Positions 1-12,884 of a stretch of DNA of 64,000 nucleotides are shown in pieces; the stretch's first letter is position 1, and each line of letters starts with the position of its first letter. The stretch is from Eledone cirrhosa (Eukaryota). The stretch lies in the NCBI GenBank assembly GCA_964016885.1, contig OZ024745.1, positions 48,484,001-48,548,000 on the forward strand, read 5' to 3'. The translations under genes and the position numbers were made by a program. The notes under the pieces are model-generated. The model was not told the DNA's origin, did no database searches, and worked only from the letters and a program-made list of their open reading frames with translations.

Positions 1-2272
1 TGATCTCTTTACAGTGTAGGCTGAGTGCTTTTTGTTGTGACTCCTACATGATCTCTTTACAATGTAGGCTGAGTACTTTTTGTTGTGACTCCTACATTAT
101 CTCTATACAGTGTAGGCTGAGTACTTTTTGTTGTGACTCCTACATTATCTCTATACAATGTAGGCTGAGTGCTTTTTGTTGTGACTCCTACATGATCTCT
201 TTACAGTGTAGGCTGAGTGCTTTTTGTTGTGACTCCTACATGATCTCTTTACAGTGTAGGCTGAGTGCTTTTTGTTGTGACTCCTACATCATCACTTTAC
301 AATGTAGGCTGAGTGCTTTTTGTTGTGACTCCTACATGATCTCTATACAGTGTAGGCTGAGTGCTTTTTGTTGTGACTCCTACATTATCTCTATACAGTG
401 TAGGCTGAGTGCTTTTTGTTGTGACTCCTACATGATCTCTTTACAGTGTAGGCTGAGTGCTTTTTGTTGTGACTCCTACATGACCTCTTTACAGTGTAGG
501 CTGAGTACTTTTTGTTGTGACTCCTACATGATCTCTATACAGTGTAGGCTGAGTGCTTTTTGTTGTGACTCCTACATTATCTCTATACAGTGTAGGCTGA
601 GTGCTTTTTGTTGTGACTCCTACATGATCTCTTTACAGTGTAGGCTGAGTGCTTTTTGTTGTGACTCCTACATGATCTCTTTACAATGTAGGCTGAGTAC
701 TTTTTGTTGTGACTCCTACATTATCTCTATACAGTGTAGGCTGAGTACTTTTTGTTGTGACTCCTACATTATCTCTATACAATGTAGGCTGAGTGCTTTT
801 TGTTGTGACTCCTACATGATCTCTTTACAGTGTAGGCTGAGTGCTTTTTGTTGTGACTCCTACATGATCTCTTTACAGTGTAGGCTGAGTGCTTTTTGTT
901 GTGACTCCTACATGATCTCTTTACAATGTAGGCTGAGTGCTTTTTGTTGTGACTCCTACATGATCTCTATACAGTGTAGGCTGAGTGCTTTTTGTTGTGA
1001 CTCCTACATGATCTCTTTACAGTGTAGGATGAGTGCTTTTTGTTGTGACTCCTACATTATCTCTTTACAGTGTAGGCTGAGTGCTTTTTGTTGTGACTCC
1101 TACATGATCACTTTACAGTGTAGGCTGAGTACTTTTTGTTGTGACTCCTACATGATCTCTATACAGTGTAGGCTGAGTGCTTTTTGTTGTGACTCCTACA
1201 TTATCTCTTTACAGTGTAGGCTGAGTGCTTTTTGTTGTGACTCCTACATGACCTCTTTACAGTGTAGGCTGAGTCCTTTTTGTTGTGACTCCTACATGAT
1301 CTCTTTACAGTGTAGGCTGAGTGCTTTTTGTTGTGACTCCTACATGATCTCTATACAGTGTAGGCTGAGTGCTTTTTGTTGTGACTCCTACATGATCTCT
1401 TTACAATGTAGGCTGGGTGCTTTTTGTTGTGACTCCTACATGATCACTTTACAGTGTAGGCTGAGTACTTTTTGTTGTGACTCCTACATGATCTCTTTAC
1501 AGTGTAGGCTGAGTACTTTTTGTTGTGACTCCTACATGATCACTTTACAGTGTAGGCTGAGTGCTTTTTGTTGTGACTCCTACATGATCTCTTTACAGTG
1601 TAGGCTGAGTGCTTTTTGTTGTGACTCCTACATGATCTCTTTACAATGTAGGCTGAGTGTTTTTTGTTGTGACTCCTACATGATCTCTTTACAATGTAGG
1701 CTGAGTGCTTTTTGTTGTGACTCCTACATGATCTCTTTACAATGTAGGCTGAGTGCTTTTTGTTGTGACTCCTACATGATCTCTTTACAATGTAGGCTGA
1801 GTGCTTTTTGTTGTGACTCCTACATTATCTCTTTACAATGTAGGCTGAGTGCTTTTTGTTGTGACTCCTACATGATCTCTTTACAATGTAGGCTGAGTGT
1901 TTTTTGTTGTGACTCCTACATGATCTCTTTACAATGTAGGCTGAGTGCTTTTTGTTGTGACTCCTACATGATCTCTTTACAATGTAGGCTGAGTGTTTTT
2001 TGTTGTGACTCCTACATGATCTCTTTACAATGTAGGCTGAGTGCTTTTTGTTGTGACTCCTACATGATCTCTTTACAATGTAGGCTGAGTGCTTTTTGTT
2101 GTGACTCCTACATGATCTCTTTACAATGTAGGCTGAGTGCTTTTTGTTGTGACTCCTACATGATCTCTTTACAATGTAGGCTGAGTGCTTTTTGTTGTGA
2201 CTCCTACATGATCACTTTACAGTGTAGGCTGAGTGCTTTTTGTTGTGACACCTACATGACCACTTTACAGTG
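1..2272. repeat. 48-bp tandem satellite (~47 copies visible, continues off the left edge)
   Basis: Unit TGATCTCTTTACAGTGTAGGCTGAGTGCTTTTTGTTGTGACTCCTACA repeats with few substitutions. The 754-aa ORF is a 16-aa translation of this unit. Confidence 0.98.
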
Positions 2273-3232
2273 GGTTGGGTGGTTTTTGTCTGAACTTGCT
2301 TTACTTATATAATTCACTTTTAATAAACAAATATCCAATCATGTATTCCACTATTATAGTTCACTGTTTTTAATCAAATGTTCAATGACCTATCAGGTTT
2401 ATTGCAGTTAATTAAGTGTTGTAAGCTCAGTACTTTTATAATTACAAAATAAAAACACAAACAAAAATAAACAACTAATGATGATGATGGTGATGATGGT
2501 GGTGGTGATGATACATATGTTCTGTTGTATTTCAAGGGGCTAGCCTTGTATCACATATTGTGATATGCTGAATCTCCCTGAGAACTATATTAAGGATGCA
2601 CATGACTGAGGAATGCTCATCTACTTACCTATTTATTTCATAAGCAGTCAGTTCCATTGATTAAATCAACCAGAGCATTTGGAAATGACAGAGGTTCAAC
2701 AACATAACTTTCAGCCTTGGCAATGCCAGGTAGTCTACTAGTGTACATATATGTGTGTGTGTGAGTTTTTCACATGCACCTTTTTATTGATATTTAAAAG
2801 AAGCTGTGATGTTTGTCTTGTAAACCACATCCTGCAGCAGCTTAGCAGATTGTCAAAGATGAGTGATATATGTCAAAATAATTAACTGTTTTCTTCAACC
2901 AAATGTTTTTGCCTGTGCCTCTGTACAAAAATAATATAAATGTAATTTTAAGTGAGAAAGAAGAGACAAAGAATGAGAGAAAGAGGAAGAGGTAAGTGAG
3001 TGGAAATAAAAAGGCTTTAATAGTGACAGGAAAAGAAAGAATGACAGTAAGAGGAAGAGTGGTAAAATACATTATTTCAGTACTGTGGTGACAATGGAGA
3101 AATAGGCGATAGCTACATACAACAGAAAGCAGATGATGGTCACATACAAAAGATAGAGAAGAGATGATGAAAATGATATGTAGTCAAATGAGATGCTTAT
3201 TAGAGAGTAGATATGATATACACGCAAACAAA

Positions 3233-3896
3233 TCAGCAAGACCTTTGTTAGCCGCTCTCCAGCCATCTATTTAAAGCTGTATACAGCTATGGTACGACCA
3301 CACTTGGAATTCGCATCATCAGTCTGGAACCCCTATCTTGCTCAGAACATTGACCTCCTGGAAACTGTTCAGAGACGTGCAACCAAGCGCATACCCTCCA
3401 TCAGACACCTACCATACTCTGAACGCCTTGCTTCCCTGGGCATCGATTCATTGAAACTCCGACGTCTGGCAATGGACTTGGTAAACACCCACAAAGTTAT
3501 TAACCATCTCGCCAACAACAACCCTGAGCACCTTTTTGATCTCCATGTGTCTAACACACGTGGACATGCTTACAAAATCAGAAAACAGCACAGCTCCCAT
3601 GACTTTCGTAGACATTTTTTCACGCTCAGAGTTACTGAAGCATGGAACAAACTGCCTGCGTCAGTTGTTAGCTGCCGAGACACTGCATCCTTTAAAACTC
3701 TCATGCTTCCCGAAATACGCCAAAACTACACCTGATGTACCCCTTCCATACACATGCACACATGTGTATATCATGACTCATGCACTGTTCATTTTCCTGA
3801 CATTTGTACATTACCCTATGTACTATACATACACTTTTTGATGAGTTGTAGTGCACCTGAGCACTGTACACAATATTTCATTATTATTATTATTAT
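3233..3896 (+). mobile_element. 5'-truncated CR1-clade LINE (ORF2 C-terminus, 3' UTR, (ATT)n tail)
   Basis: ORF 3289-3735 (VRPHLEFASSVWNPY...VQRRATK...TRGH...WNKLP) is nearly identical to the end of ORF 51763-53589. It ends in ATTATTATT. Confidence 0.93.
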
Positions 3897-4016
3897 AAAC
3901 ATTTAGAAATATATAATGGATCACTGATCTATTTTTGAGCTCCTAATATATTTGAAAAAACAAAAACAAAAAATCCAAAAATGCTAAGGAGAGACATAAT
4001 ACAATAATACAATATA

Positions 4017-4967
4017 TCTATATATCTAAAACAGATGTAGACACCATCCCCAGGCCGAGGTATTCCATACTTCACTGTACTGTTTCAGAAAGGAGGGATA
4101 AACATGCCAATCTATGTTTAGAATCCCAAGCAACGCCGGGCCATTCTGTTAGTCTATATATCTAAAACAGAGAATGTCTGTCTGTCTATCTGTCTGTATG
4201 TATGTCTGGCTGTCTGCATTACGGCATTATGACATTATCTGTGTGTGTATATATATGTATGTATGGTGTGTGTGTATATATATATATAGAGAGTGTAACG
4301 TTTTTCGAAATATTTACTTCTGCGTTCACATATTGATTTTTTTAGTTTCAGAAGATCCGTTAAGGGTGAAAGCAGCGATTCTTTGCTTAAACTTTAATCT
4401 GTTATTTTAATATATATATAATTATATATTCGTGTACAGATATTTTTTGCATACACAAAAAAACAAAATATAAACAGCAGCAAAAACAACAAAAAAGAGA
4501 GGGAACGCAATTACATGCTTTTGAAAAATCGTAATGGAAAATTATTTGCCTATTCACCCAAGGTGACTTCGCTTTTTATTAGGACTTCTGCATCAATTGG
4601 TGAACATATGACGAAACATTGAAAGGAGTAAGACCACATCACGCTCCACCACTGCAGTCCCACATGTTTACTGCTCTGTAACTATTGCTTTCATTATGTC
4701 ATAGCACAACAAATACATGTTCGGTTTGTCGAATGCCTTTTTACTTAACCCTATCATCTTGGCTTTCATGGGTTGAACATTTTACTCTCAGGCACCCAAT
4801 TAAGTTAAACCCCTGGTAATCTACGACAAATTTTTTTTATAAGCACAAAATGTAGACACCATCCCCAGGCCGAGGTATTCCATACTTCTCTGTACTGTTT
4901 CAGAAAGGAGGGATAAATATGCCAATCTATGTTTAGAATCCCGAGCAATGCCGGGCCATTCTGCTAG
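4017..4967 (+). mobile_element. Two tandem non-autonomous Helitron-like elements (4017-4152, 4153-4967)
   Basis: Both start TCTATATATCTAAAACAG and share a ~120-bp 3' end with a short GC hairpin (CCCGAGCAATGCCGGG) just before TTAG/CTAG followed by T. Confidence 0.65.
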
Positions 4968-5016
4968 TATAATATACAACATATAGTATACAATATAAAA
5001 TATAAAATATAATATA

Positions 5017-5612
5017 CTAGTAGTGGTTCCCGGCGTTGCACGGGATAAGGTGTTTTGGAAGGCGGGCCGCCAACAGACCTAATCGTGGAAAAACTGCATG
5101 CCTGGACAATATGTAAAGAAAATAAACCGAATACTCTGATGGCTGGATAATCTTTAAGATTTTCCTCGATGAAGCAGGAAAAATGCAGGTTTTCACCTAA
5201 TGCGGGCCCTAGGGGATCAAGGAAATGAATTATTTTATATGCATAATATGCCTTGAAATTTCGGGAAAATCGGCTTGGCGTAACGCCTCCAAAAAAGCCC
5301 TAAAAAGCTGGAAAAATGAAGTTTTTCACCTAATGCCCTAGGCCATAAAAAAGTTGGATTTTCTTTGCTCACTGTATGAAGAAGAAACTGACTAATACAT
5401 AGTTACAATTTCAAGGAAATCGGTCTGACGTAACGCCTCAAAAAACCTTAAAAAGCTTTAAAAAAACGCAGTTTTTCACCTAACGCGAGCCCTAGGAGAT
5501 CAAAAAGTTGAATTTTTTATGTGCATAACACTCCCTGAAACATAAGTAATACACATGTAAAGTTTGAAAAAAATCGGTTGGGTACTTCTCGAGTTTTAGA
5601 TTCAAACTCACA

Positions 5613-5687
<75 letters not shown>

Positions 5688-5986
5688 CCTCAGGGAAGTG
5701 ACGTAATGCAGACAGTCAGACATACAGACATATATTATAAGGGCGCGACGTTATATGTATGTATCTATCTAAAAAGAGAAAGACTAAAAATTATAGAGAG
5801 ATCGCTAAATCACCTAATGTGGTCGCTAGGGCATTGAAAATTTGAAACTTTCTTGCTCAGAACACTCCCTGAAACATAAGTATTACATATGTAAAGTTTG
5901 AAAACAGTCGGTTGGGTGGTTCACGAGTTTTAGGGATTTAAACTCACACACACACAGACAGACATCCTCAGTTTTATATATATAGA
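5017..5986 (-). mobile_element. Non-autonomous Helitron-like element with internal ~140-bp subrepeats and (CA)n
   Basis: CTAG at 5017-5020 lies next to hairpin CCCGGCGTTGCACGGG. The minus-strand 5' end reads TCTATATATATAAAACTG. TTTTCACCTAA(T/C)GC recurs internally. Confidence 0.65.
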
Positions 5987-6491
5987 CTAGCAGAAAACCA
6001 CCCGGTGGGCGGTTTTCTGCTAGCAAATCTAGTGTATATACTGATATTGTTGAGATTTGGATGAGAAATGTTTTCGGCACCACATGTTCACCGTCTCTCG
6101 GTGTGTCTTTTATGCATGTATAAATATATATGTTATCTATACGGTGAAATCTTTGAAATAAATATATGTTAAAACGAAAAAGGAGAAAAAGAGATTAGTG
6201 ACGGAAATATAAACGTTATGATACATAAACGTTATGATATAACGATGGAAATATATCTTCAAATGGTCCTTGGCATGGTGTCAAGTCAGAACCGCCTCGA
6301 ACTGGTTACTTCTGGCTTGTGCAAGGTGTCTCTATAGCAACCAGCTATTCCCTTGGCCTCAGTGACCAAAGTCAGTGGAGAGGGGAAGGTAATGTTTCTA
6401 TAGTGACAGTGTTTCTCTTGGTAGTACCAAAGTGGAGAAAGGAAGGGGAAGGTAATATTTCTGTAGCACCTACATTTGAGTTTTAGGGAAG

Positions 6492-6529
<38 letters not shown>

Positions 6530-6539
6530 GAAATGCCCA

Positions 6540-6975
6540 TATATTTCTGTGTGTGTATATATATATATATAATGGAAAAATTTGAACAGGAACAAAACAG
6601 AGAGGCAGTACAACGAATGTTTATTATATATATATATATTATATATATATATATATTATATATATATATTACACACACAGAAATGTATATATATTTCTGT
6701 GTGTGTATATATATATATATTACACACACAGAAATGTATATATATTTCTGTGTGTATATATATATTACACACACAGAAATGTATATATATTTCTGTGTGT
6801 ATATATATATATATTTCTCTGTGTGTATATATATATATATTACACACACAGAAATGTATATATATTTCTGTGTGTATATACATATATTACACACACAGAA
6901 ATGTATATATATTTCTGTATGTATATATATATATATATATATATATTACACACACAGAAATGTATATATATTTCT
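6540..6975. repeat. Compound (TA)/(CA) minisatellite with a palindromic unit
   Basis: Repeated ACACACAGAAATGTATATATATTTCTGTGTGT separated by (TA)n. Confidence 0.9.
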
Positions 6976-7096
6976 TAGAACAAAATTATTATTAATGTTT
7001 TGCTGTTCATAACAATTGGAATTGAAAACTTACTTTTGAAATTATTAGTTATTTTACTAATGCTTAGATATGTAAAAATGAAGCAATGTTTCTATT

Positions 7097-7286
7097 AATT
7101 GTTTCTACTTTTGGCACAAGGCCAGCAATTACCCAGTACATTACTGGTACTTTATTTTATCGACCCCGTGAGGATGAAAGGCAAAGTTAACCTCGGCGGT
7201 ATTTGAACTCAGACCGTAAAGGGACGTAACTCCATGCTATGAAGCATGGTGTCCGACTCTCTACAGATTCTGCCAATCCACCGCCC
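7097..7286 (-). mobile_element. tRNA-derived SINE, family 1
   Basis: Reverse complement reads GGCGGTGGATTGGCAG...GAGTTCAAAT (A/B-box-like)...TTTCATCCT..GGGGTCGATAAAATAAAGTACCAG...GTAGAAACAATT. More than 10 copies occur in the window. Confidence 0.85.
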
Positions 7287-7605
7287 TAATGTCTGTACGT
7301 AATGAGGGAGTGAGAGGGGAGAGAAAGAAAGGCAGAGGTGAAGTGACGAAGTGACTCTCTCCTCCTCCTCCTCCTCCTCCTCCATCTCCCCATTCGTCAC
7401 AGCGATAGAGGGGAGGAATGTTAGTGTGTTACAAAGAGAAAGAGTGAGAGTGAGAGAAACAGACAGACTAAAAGAGAGGGATAGCTGGAGAGAGAGAGAT
7501 AGCAACAACGCGCGCACGTGTTTCCACTCTCGAACAGACAGACAGACAGAGAAATTGCTGGTTATATATTATAAGGAGATAATACAAAATATATAATATA
7601 CAATT

Positions 7606-8450
7606 TTTTTTTTTTTTGTGACGCTTAACTCCACCAGTTGCAGACCGCGCATTGACATGTGATATCTCTCTCCACAAAGTTCGATCACCAGCAGCAGAGT
7701 TCAAAGAGCAAAGATCAAGTCCAGTTCATAAGTTGACATTATCAAGCCATGGTTTTGGCTGCCGGCCTCTGTCTGTTTCTCTTACCAGCCAACCTTCTTT
7801 CCAGGCATAACCTACTCACACCACAAGTTGATCTTTTTATATGACCATATAGTTTGAGTAAGCTTGACTTGACAATTGATGTAATTGGTCTAAGTTTGGT
7901 AATGTTGAGCAGCTCACTGATACAGATACAGTCACTGAGCTGCTTACCAGTCATAAGTCTCATGATGTGGTTCTGGAATGTAGAGAGCTTCTGAAGAGAC
8001 CTTGTTGTCCAATTAATACAGTCAAGACCATATAACACAACTGGTAGGTTGTAAGTATAAAATATTTAGCCTTCAAACGATAGGAAACTCGTTTTGATGT
8101 TAGCACTTCCTTGTTCTTGTTGAAAACTGCCCAACCTACAACAATTCGATATTGCGCAGCAACCATTCCAAACTGAAGAACAATGCTCCTCTGGCTATCA
8201 AATAGGAGGTAAAATCCTATCAAATCTTAGCTATGCAGATGATCTGGCCATCATGTATTACTCTAAGAACTGATCTGCAAGACTTTCTGAATATACTGGT
8301 CAAACATTCGCTGGAGTCTGGCTTACACATTAACAAAATATATGACAACTGATAAAAACAATGCCAATCTCCAACACACAATCTACAAACAGCAAATTGC
8401 TCAAGTTACAGAGTTTGTATATCTCGGTCACAAACTATCATCACAATGAT
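7606..8450 (-). mobile_element. Degenerate RTE-clade LINE with an inverted 5' segment
   Basis: 7606-8170 (-) encodes the ORF2 C-terminus (YG..C..W, YGHIKR, GKRNRQRP) and ends in poly(A). 8171-8450 (+) encodes GYQIGGKILSNLSYADDLAI...EFVYLGHKLSS. Confidence 0.85.
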
Positions 8451-8714
8451 ATACAATATACAATATATAATACAAAATATATACTATACAATATATAATA
8501 AAATATGAAATAAACAACTAATTTTACAAATTTAAAGAAACCAAATTCCATATAAAATATTCAACATGATTAATTAAAAGAGCAATGCTTGTACATAGTT
8601 TATTAAGGGATAAAAGGGCTTATATAAATAATTAAATATTCTGAAATTATATGATGACATATTAAAATTAGATTTATCTAAGAGCTGAAACAATTATTCC
8701 TATCCCAACTTGGC

Positions 8715-8817
8715 ATACCCTACTACACCCTACCTCACCTTACTACACTCTACTACACCCTACTTCACCCTACAACACCCTACCTCACCCTACTACATCC
8801 TACCCAACCCTACACCA
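8715..8817. repeat. 10-bp CTACTACACC-type minisatellite
   Basis: Degenerate repeats of CCTAC(TA/CT)CAC. Confidence 0.85.
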
Positions 8818-8944
8818 CAGATTTATATTTATCTGCACAGTCACTGGCTCCCTTCTCGGTGATATATTTAGATGAAAAAGGGGACAGGACATATCTCCAG
8901 TGGTTTGAATTCAACTGTTTGCTGATGAAAGCAGTCTGTCAAGA

Positions 8945-9075
8945 TAACAAACAACACGAATAGCAGAGTTTCAACTGCAACATGTATATAGGAAGTTATT
9001 TCCAATGAGTTGCATAATAAAAAAAAATAGCAGCTTCCTCATGTAGTTTTTCTCCTGCTATTTTCTTTTGTTTCT
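8945..9075. repeat. Unclassified dispersed repeat; inverted copy at ~16795-16925
   Basis: AATAGCAGAGTTTCAACTGCAACATG..ATAGGAAGTTATTTC..ATGAGTTGCATAA..AATAGCAGCTTCCTC matches the reverse complement of 16795-16925. Confidence 0.8.
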
Positions 9076-9219
9076 TTTTGTATGAAATGCTCGTAACAAA
9101 AATATCCATACACAAATAATTTTTTACTTAAATTTTAAAGATCTCTTGAATTTTCCTTTTTTCTTTTTAATTAAATAACTAATTTGAGTTATTGACCAGT
9201 ATCATTAAACATGGAAGAA

Positions 9220-9290
<71 letters not shown>

Positions 9291-9490
9291 TTAGAAATGT
9301 AAGCTATCGCCGTATTTTGACTATACTCATCTTTTTCCATTTCTCCGAGGGTTCTTAACCCCACTATCAGGCTAAATAATTTCTTTAATTTCTTTAGTCA
9401 AAATACGGCGATAGCTTACATTTCTAATAATTTCAAACCCACTCGCTGTTTCGAAAATATTCTTACTTGATATATATATATATATATATA

Positions 9491-9915
9491 CAGGGTGTCC
9501 CAAAAAATGTATACACACTTTGATTACCTTTACAGGCATTATTTATAAGAATGCACAGCCGTTTCCAAAAATAAAATGATCTGTAGACATAATTCAATTG
9601 TATGTAAACACCCAAAAATGTTTACATAATTTAAATAATTGTTTCTACTTTAGGCACAAGGCCAGCAATTACCCAGTACATTACTGGTACTTTATTTTAT
9701 CGACCCCGTAAGGATGAAAGGCAAAGTTAACCTCGGCCGGATTTGAACTCAGATCATAAAGGGACGTAACTATGCTGGAAAGCATGGCGTCTGACCCTCT
9801 ACCGATACTGCCAATTCACCGCCCTACATAATTTAAATAATGCATATAAAACAGAATTTATTTTAATGCCTTTTTTAAAAATTTTGTTGTGTATACATTT
9901 TGGGGTGACACCCTG
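9491..9915. mobile_element. Tc1/mariner-type MITE interrupted by a family-1 SINE
   Basis: TA|CAGGGTGTC...GACACCCTG|TA termini. The SINE (~9640-9824, -) is flanked by a 17-bp duplication TACATAATTTAAATAAT (9623-9639 and 9825-9841). Confidence 0.85.
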
Positions 9916-9939
9916 TAATCTATCTTATTTCTCATTCCT

Positions 9940-9975
9940 TCTTCTGATGAAGGACTAGCGTCCGAAACGTTAAGA
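9940..9975 (+). ncRNA. Minimal type I hammerhead ribozyme motif (Penelope-like)
   Basis: TCTT-CTGATGA-A-GGAC(TAGC)GTCC-GAAA-CG-TT-AAGA: core boxes, 4-bp stem II, palindromic ACGT stem III, 4-bp stem I. Confidence 0.7.
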
Positions 9976-10311
9976 CCCTCTTCCTGCTATATCAAGCGTT
10001 AACCTAATCTACTGTACCGATTGTGTTATTATTTCTGTTTAACTTTTACATACATATACATATATATATATATATATACAGACAAATATATACACATATA
10101 TAAACAGGTGAAACTCCACAAGTTAAAACTTCATTAAATTTTTTTAAATAGCCTAAATAATAGTTAATACATATATATAGCTTTAAAACAATTAATGGGT
10201 TGAAGTCCTGCAGATGCTAATGTCCATTTTGGTTCCGTTAAGTGGGCTTATATACTCCATTATTTAGACACTATTTTTAGATAATAAAAAATTGTATGAA
10301 GCTTTAACTTT

Positions 10312-10369
<58 letters not shown>

Positions 10370-11151
10370 CTTGTCTCACTCGCTTTACCCGTTTCACTTG
10401 TCCCAATAGCTTATTTTAGTTATTGCTCGCACCAACGTGAGGTATATGATTTTTAATGCGATGAAATACCAATGATGGTTGGCAAATCACTGATGAGGGA
10501 CTAATTTTATAATATGTATTCCATGTGCAACCATGCAGTATTCTTCTCCCCATGTTTTTCATATATATATATATACAAAAATGAGAAAACTCATCGCTAG
10601 AACAGCCGTCAAAGCAGCCATATGCTGTCAAAAACAACAATGGGTAAAAATGCTTCTGAGGACAGCGGCCAGCAGTCAACAGAGAGACAATCTACAAGGT
10701 GGGGGAGAGGCGGATGAAATATAGAAAAAACTATTTATATTCATTCATTATTTCTAACTCATTGAGAACAGTTGTTAATATGGAATCAGAATTATGATAC
10801 TCAGAAACTTGTGTTGTGATAAAATATTTGTAACTAAAGCACAAATGTCTCAACAACAATGTTACATTTTTTTGTTTAATGTTTGATCACAGCCAATACA
10901 GATCAATTTGGACCCCAGATTGGCTGAATTTCCTCCCTTAGTTGGAAACAATCAACTATTCTGTGATTTTGTGGCTTTCTCCAAGCTAATGACCATCTAC
11001 AATGGAGTACTGCTCCCGTATATAGGGTGATGCTGCTGTTGGTCACCCAAGTATCCTAGACTTCACCCAGATGAAAGCTACTTGGCTAATTAGTTTAAAG
11101 TTTCCTGCTGACACACCCCCAGCCTCTGGCCTACAGACATGCTTTTACCAT

Positions 11152-11330
11152 TAATTGTTTCTACTTTTGGCACAAGGCCAGCAATTATCCCAGTGCATTG
11201 CTGGTACTGTATTTTATCGACCCCGTAAGGATGAAAGGCAAAGTTAACCTCGGCGGGATTTGAACTCAGAATGGCAAGGGACGTAACTCTATGCATCAAA
11301 GCATGGCGTCCGATCCTCTACCGATACTGA
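11152..11330 (-). mobile_element. tRNA-derived SINE, family 1
   Basis: Same sequence family as 7097-7286. Confidence 0.85.
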
Positions 11331-12884
11331 CACTGGTTTCTGCTCTTCAGATCTTGCTGAACTCATACTACCTCCACTCAGACCCCCCTGACTCACATAT
11401 CTCTCCTTTCATCACCCATGTTGTGCCCAACTCCCCTACTCCAAACACACCCACCCTATATCAACCACTATGCACCAACCTTCCTACCCAGATCACTGGC
11501 ACTCTGGAACTCTCCCCTGTTCAAGCTTTGGGCACTGATCTGTTCTTCAGATCTACCAAGTTCCTTACATATATTTGATTCATCAACAATCAGAAAGTGA
11601 AGCATTATTGTTATTTCATTATGGTTTAGTCAATTATTTCAGCTCAACACAAATATCCAGAAGGTTCTGTTAGTTTTTAATAAATAGGTTATCTCCCTTA
11701 CATCTGCCAGCCAGCAAGAGCTTCAGGGTTAGTTATTTTTTTAATTTTTCTCTAGTTCCTAATTCCTGATAGAGTTATAGGGGCATTGTCTTGACACATG
11801 CCAAACAAATGTACCATGAGCAGTGGTTGAAGATATCTGAGCTTGATGGTGCATTCATATCTTCAATCATAACCCAACTTTGTCATTCAACCTTTCAAGG
11901 TAGATAAATCAAGTATCGATTTGTTTTAGTATATTTTAACATAATTTCTATTTTGTTCACATTCTTTATATTTTATTATAACTTGTATTACTTAGTAGCA
12001 ATCGCTTTTCAAATATTCCAATTTAGTAGTTTACAGAAAAATTCATCCCAATTCATTATGTAAGGTGGTGGTGCTAGTGACATGATAACATACACCCAGT
12101 ACACCTAGTAAAGTGGCAGTGGTGGTGCTATGATAAATTGTACTCTATCACACACTGCAAAGTGGTAGTGCTGGTGCTATGATAAAATGCTCCCAGTACA
12201 CACTGCAAAGACATTCAGCCACAGAAACCATGTGAAAATGTCATGCATGAGCAAGACGTGACAATGTGACAACCCATCAAATCCACCCAAGTATGGAAAA
12301 GAGACATAAAATGATGATGATGATGATATTGATGATCCAGTTGCAACCATATCATCAGTATGTGCATATGTAAAGTCAAAAAGGAAATACATTTTCTCCC
12401 CTTGCTTTTGTCTTGTAACCATTGTTTCAACTGAAGGCTTACCAACCCAAAACCTCTATGTGGTTGTTTGACCTGCTAGAAACAGACATTAAATCTCTCT
12501 CAAATCACAATCTATATTGTCTTTAAAAAATAGGACACATTAGATAAAGTAATCCTAAATATCTTTTACCAGCTGAAACAAGCTATTTATTTTAAAGTGT
12601 TTATATTTATCTAAAAACCTTCTGTCATAATTTTGTGTAAGAGCTGCCATTAAGTTATACTCTAAACACCAGCTTAATACATACTTAGAAACTTAGTTAT
12701 CCCCTCAAATTCTTGATTAATTGAAAACCTATAGGAAATGTATATCATTAGAAATATGGTACCAAAAGGGTTAAAAGAAAGGATAATCATGAATATAGGG
12801 CTTTTGGCCATCATCATCATTACCATCCCTATCAACAACAATAACAATAACAACAAATCATATATTAATAAACATATTTGTCAA

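Noticed and set aside
48-2312. 754-aa Cys-rich repetitive ORF as a novel protein
   Set aside because: It is the translation of a 48-bp (16-codon) satellite that matches a LINE UTR. It has no signal peptide, unique domain or splice context.
8921-8945. CTGATGAAAGCAG as a hammerhead core
   Set aside because: There is no properly placed GAAA or stem II downstream.
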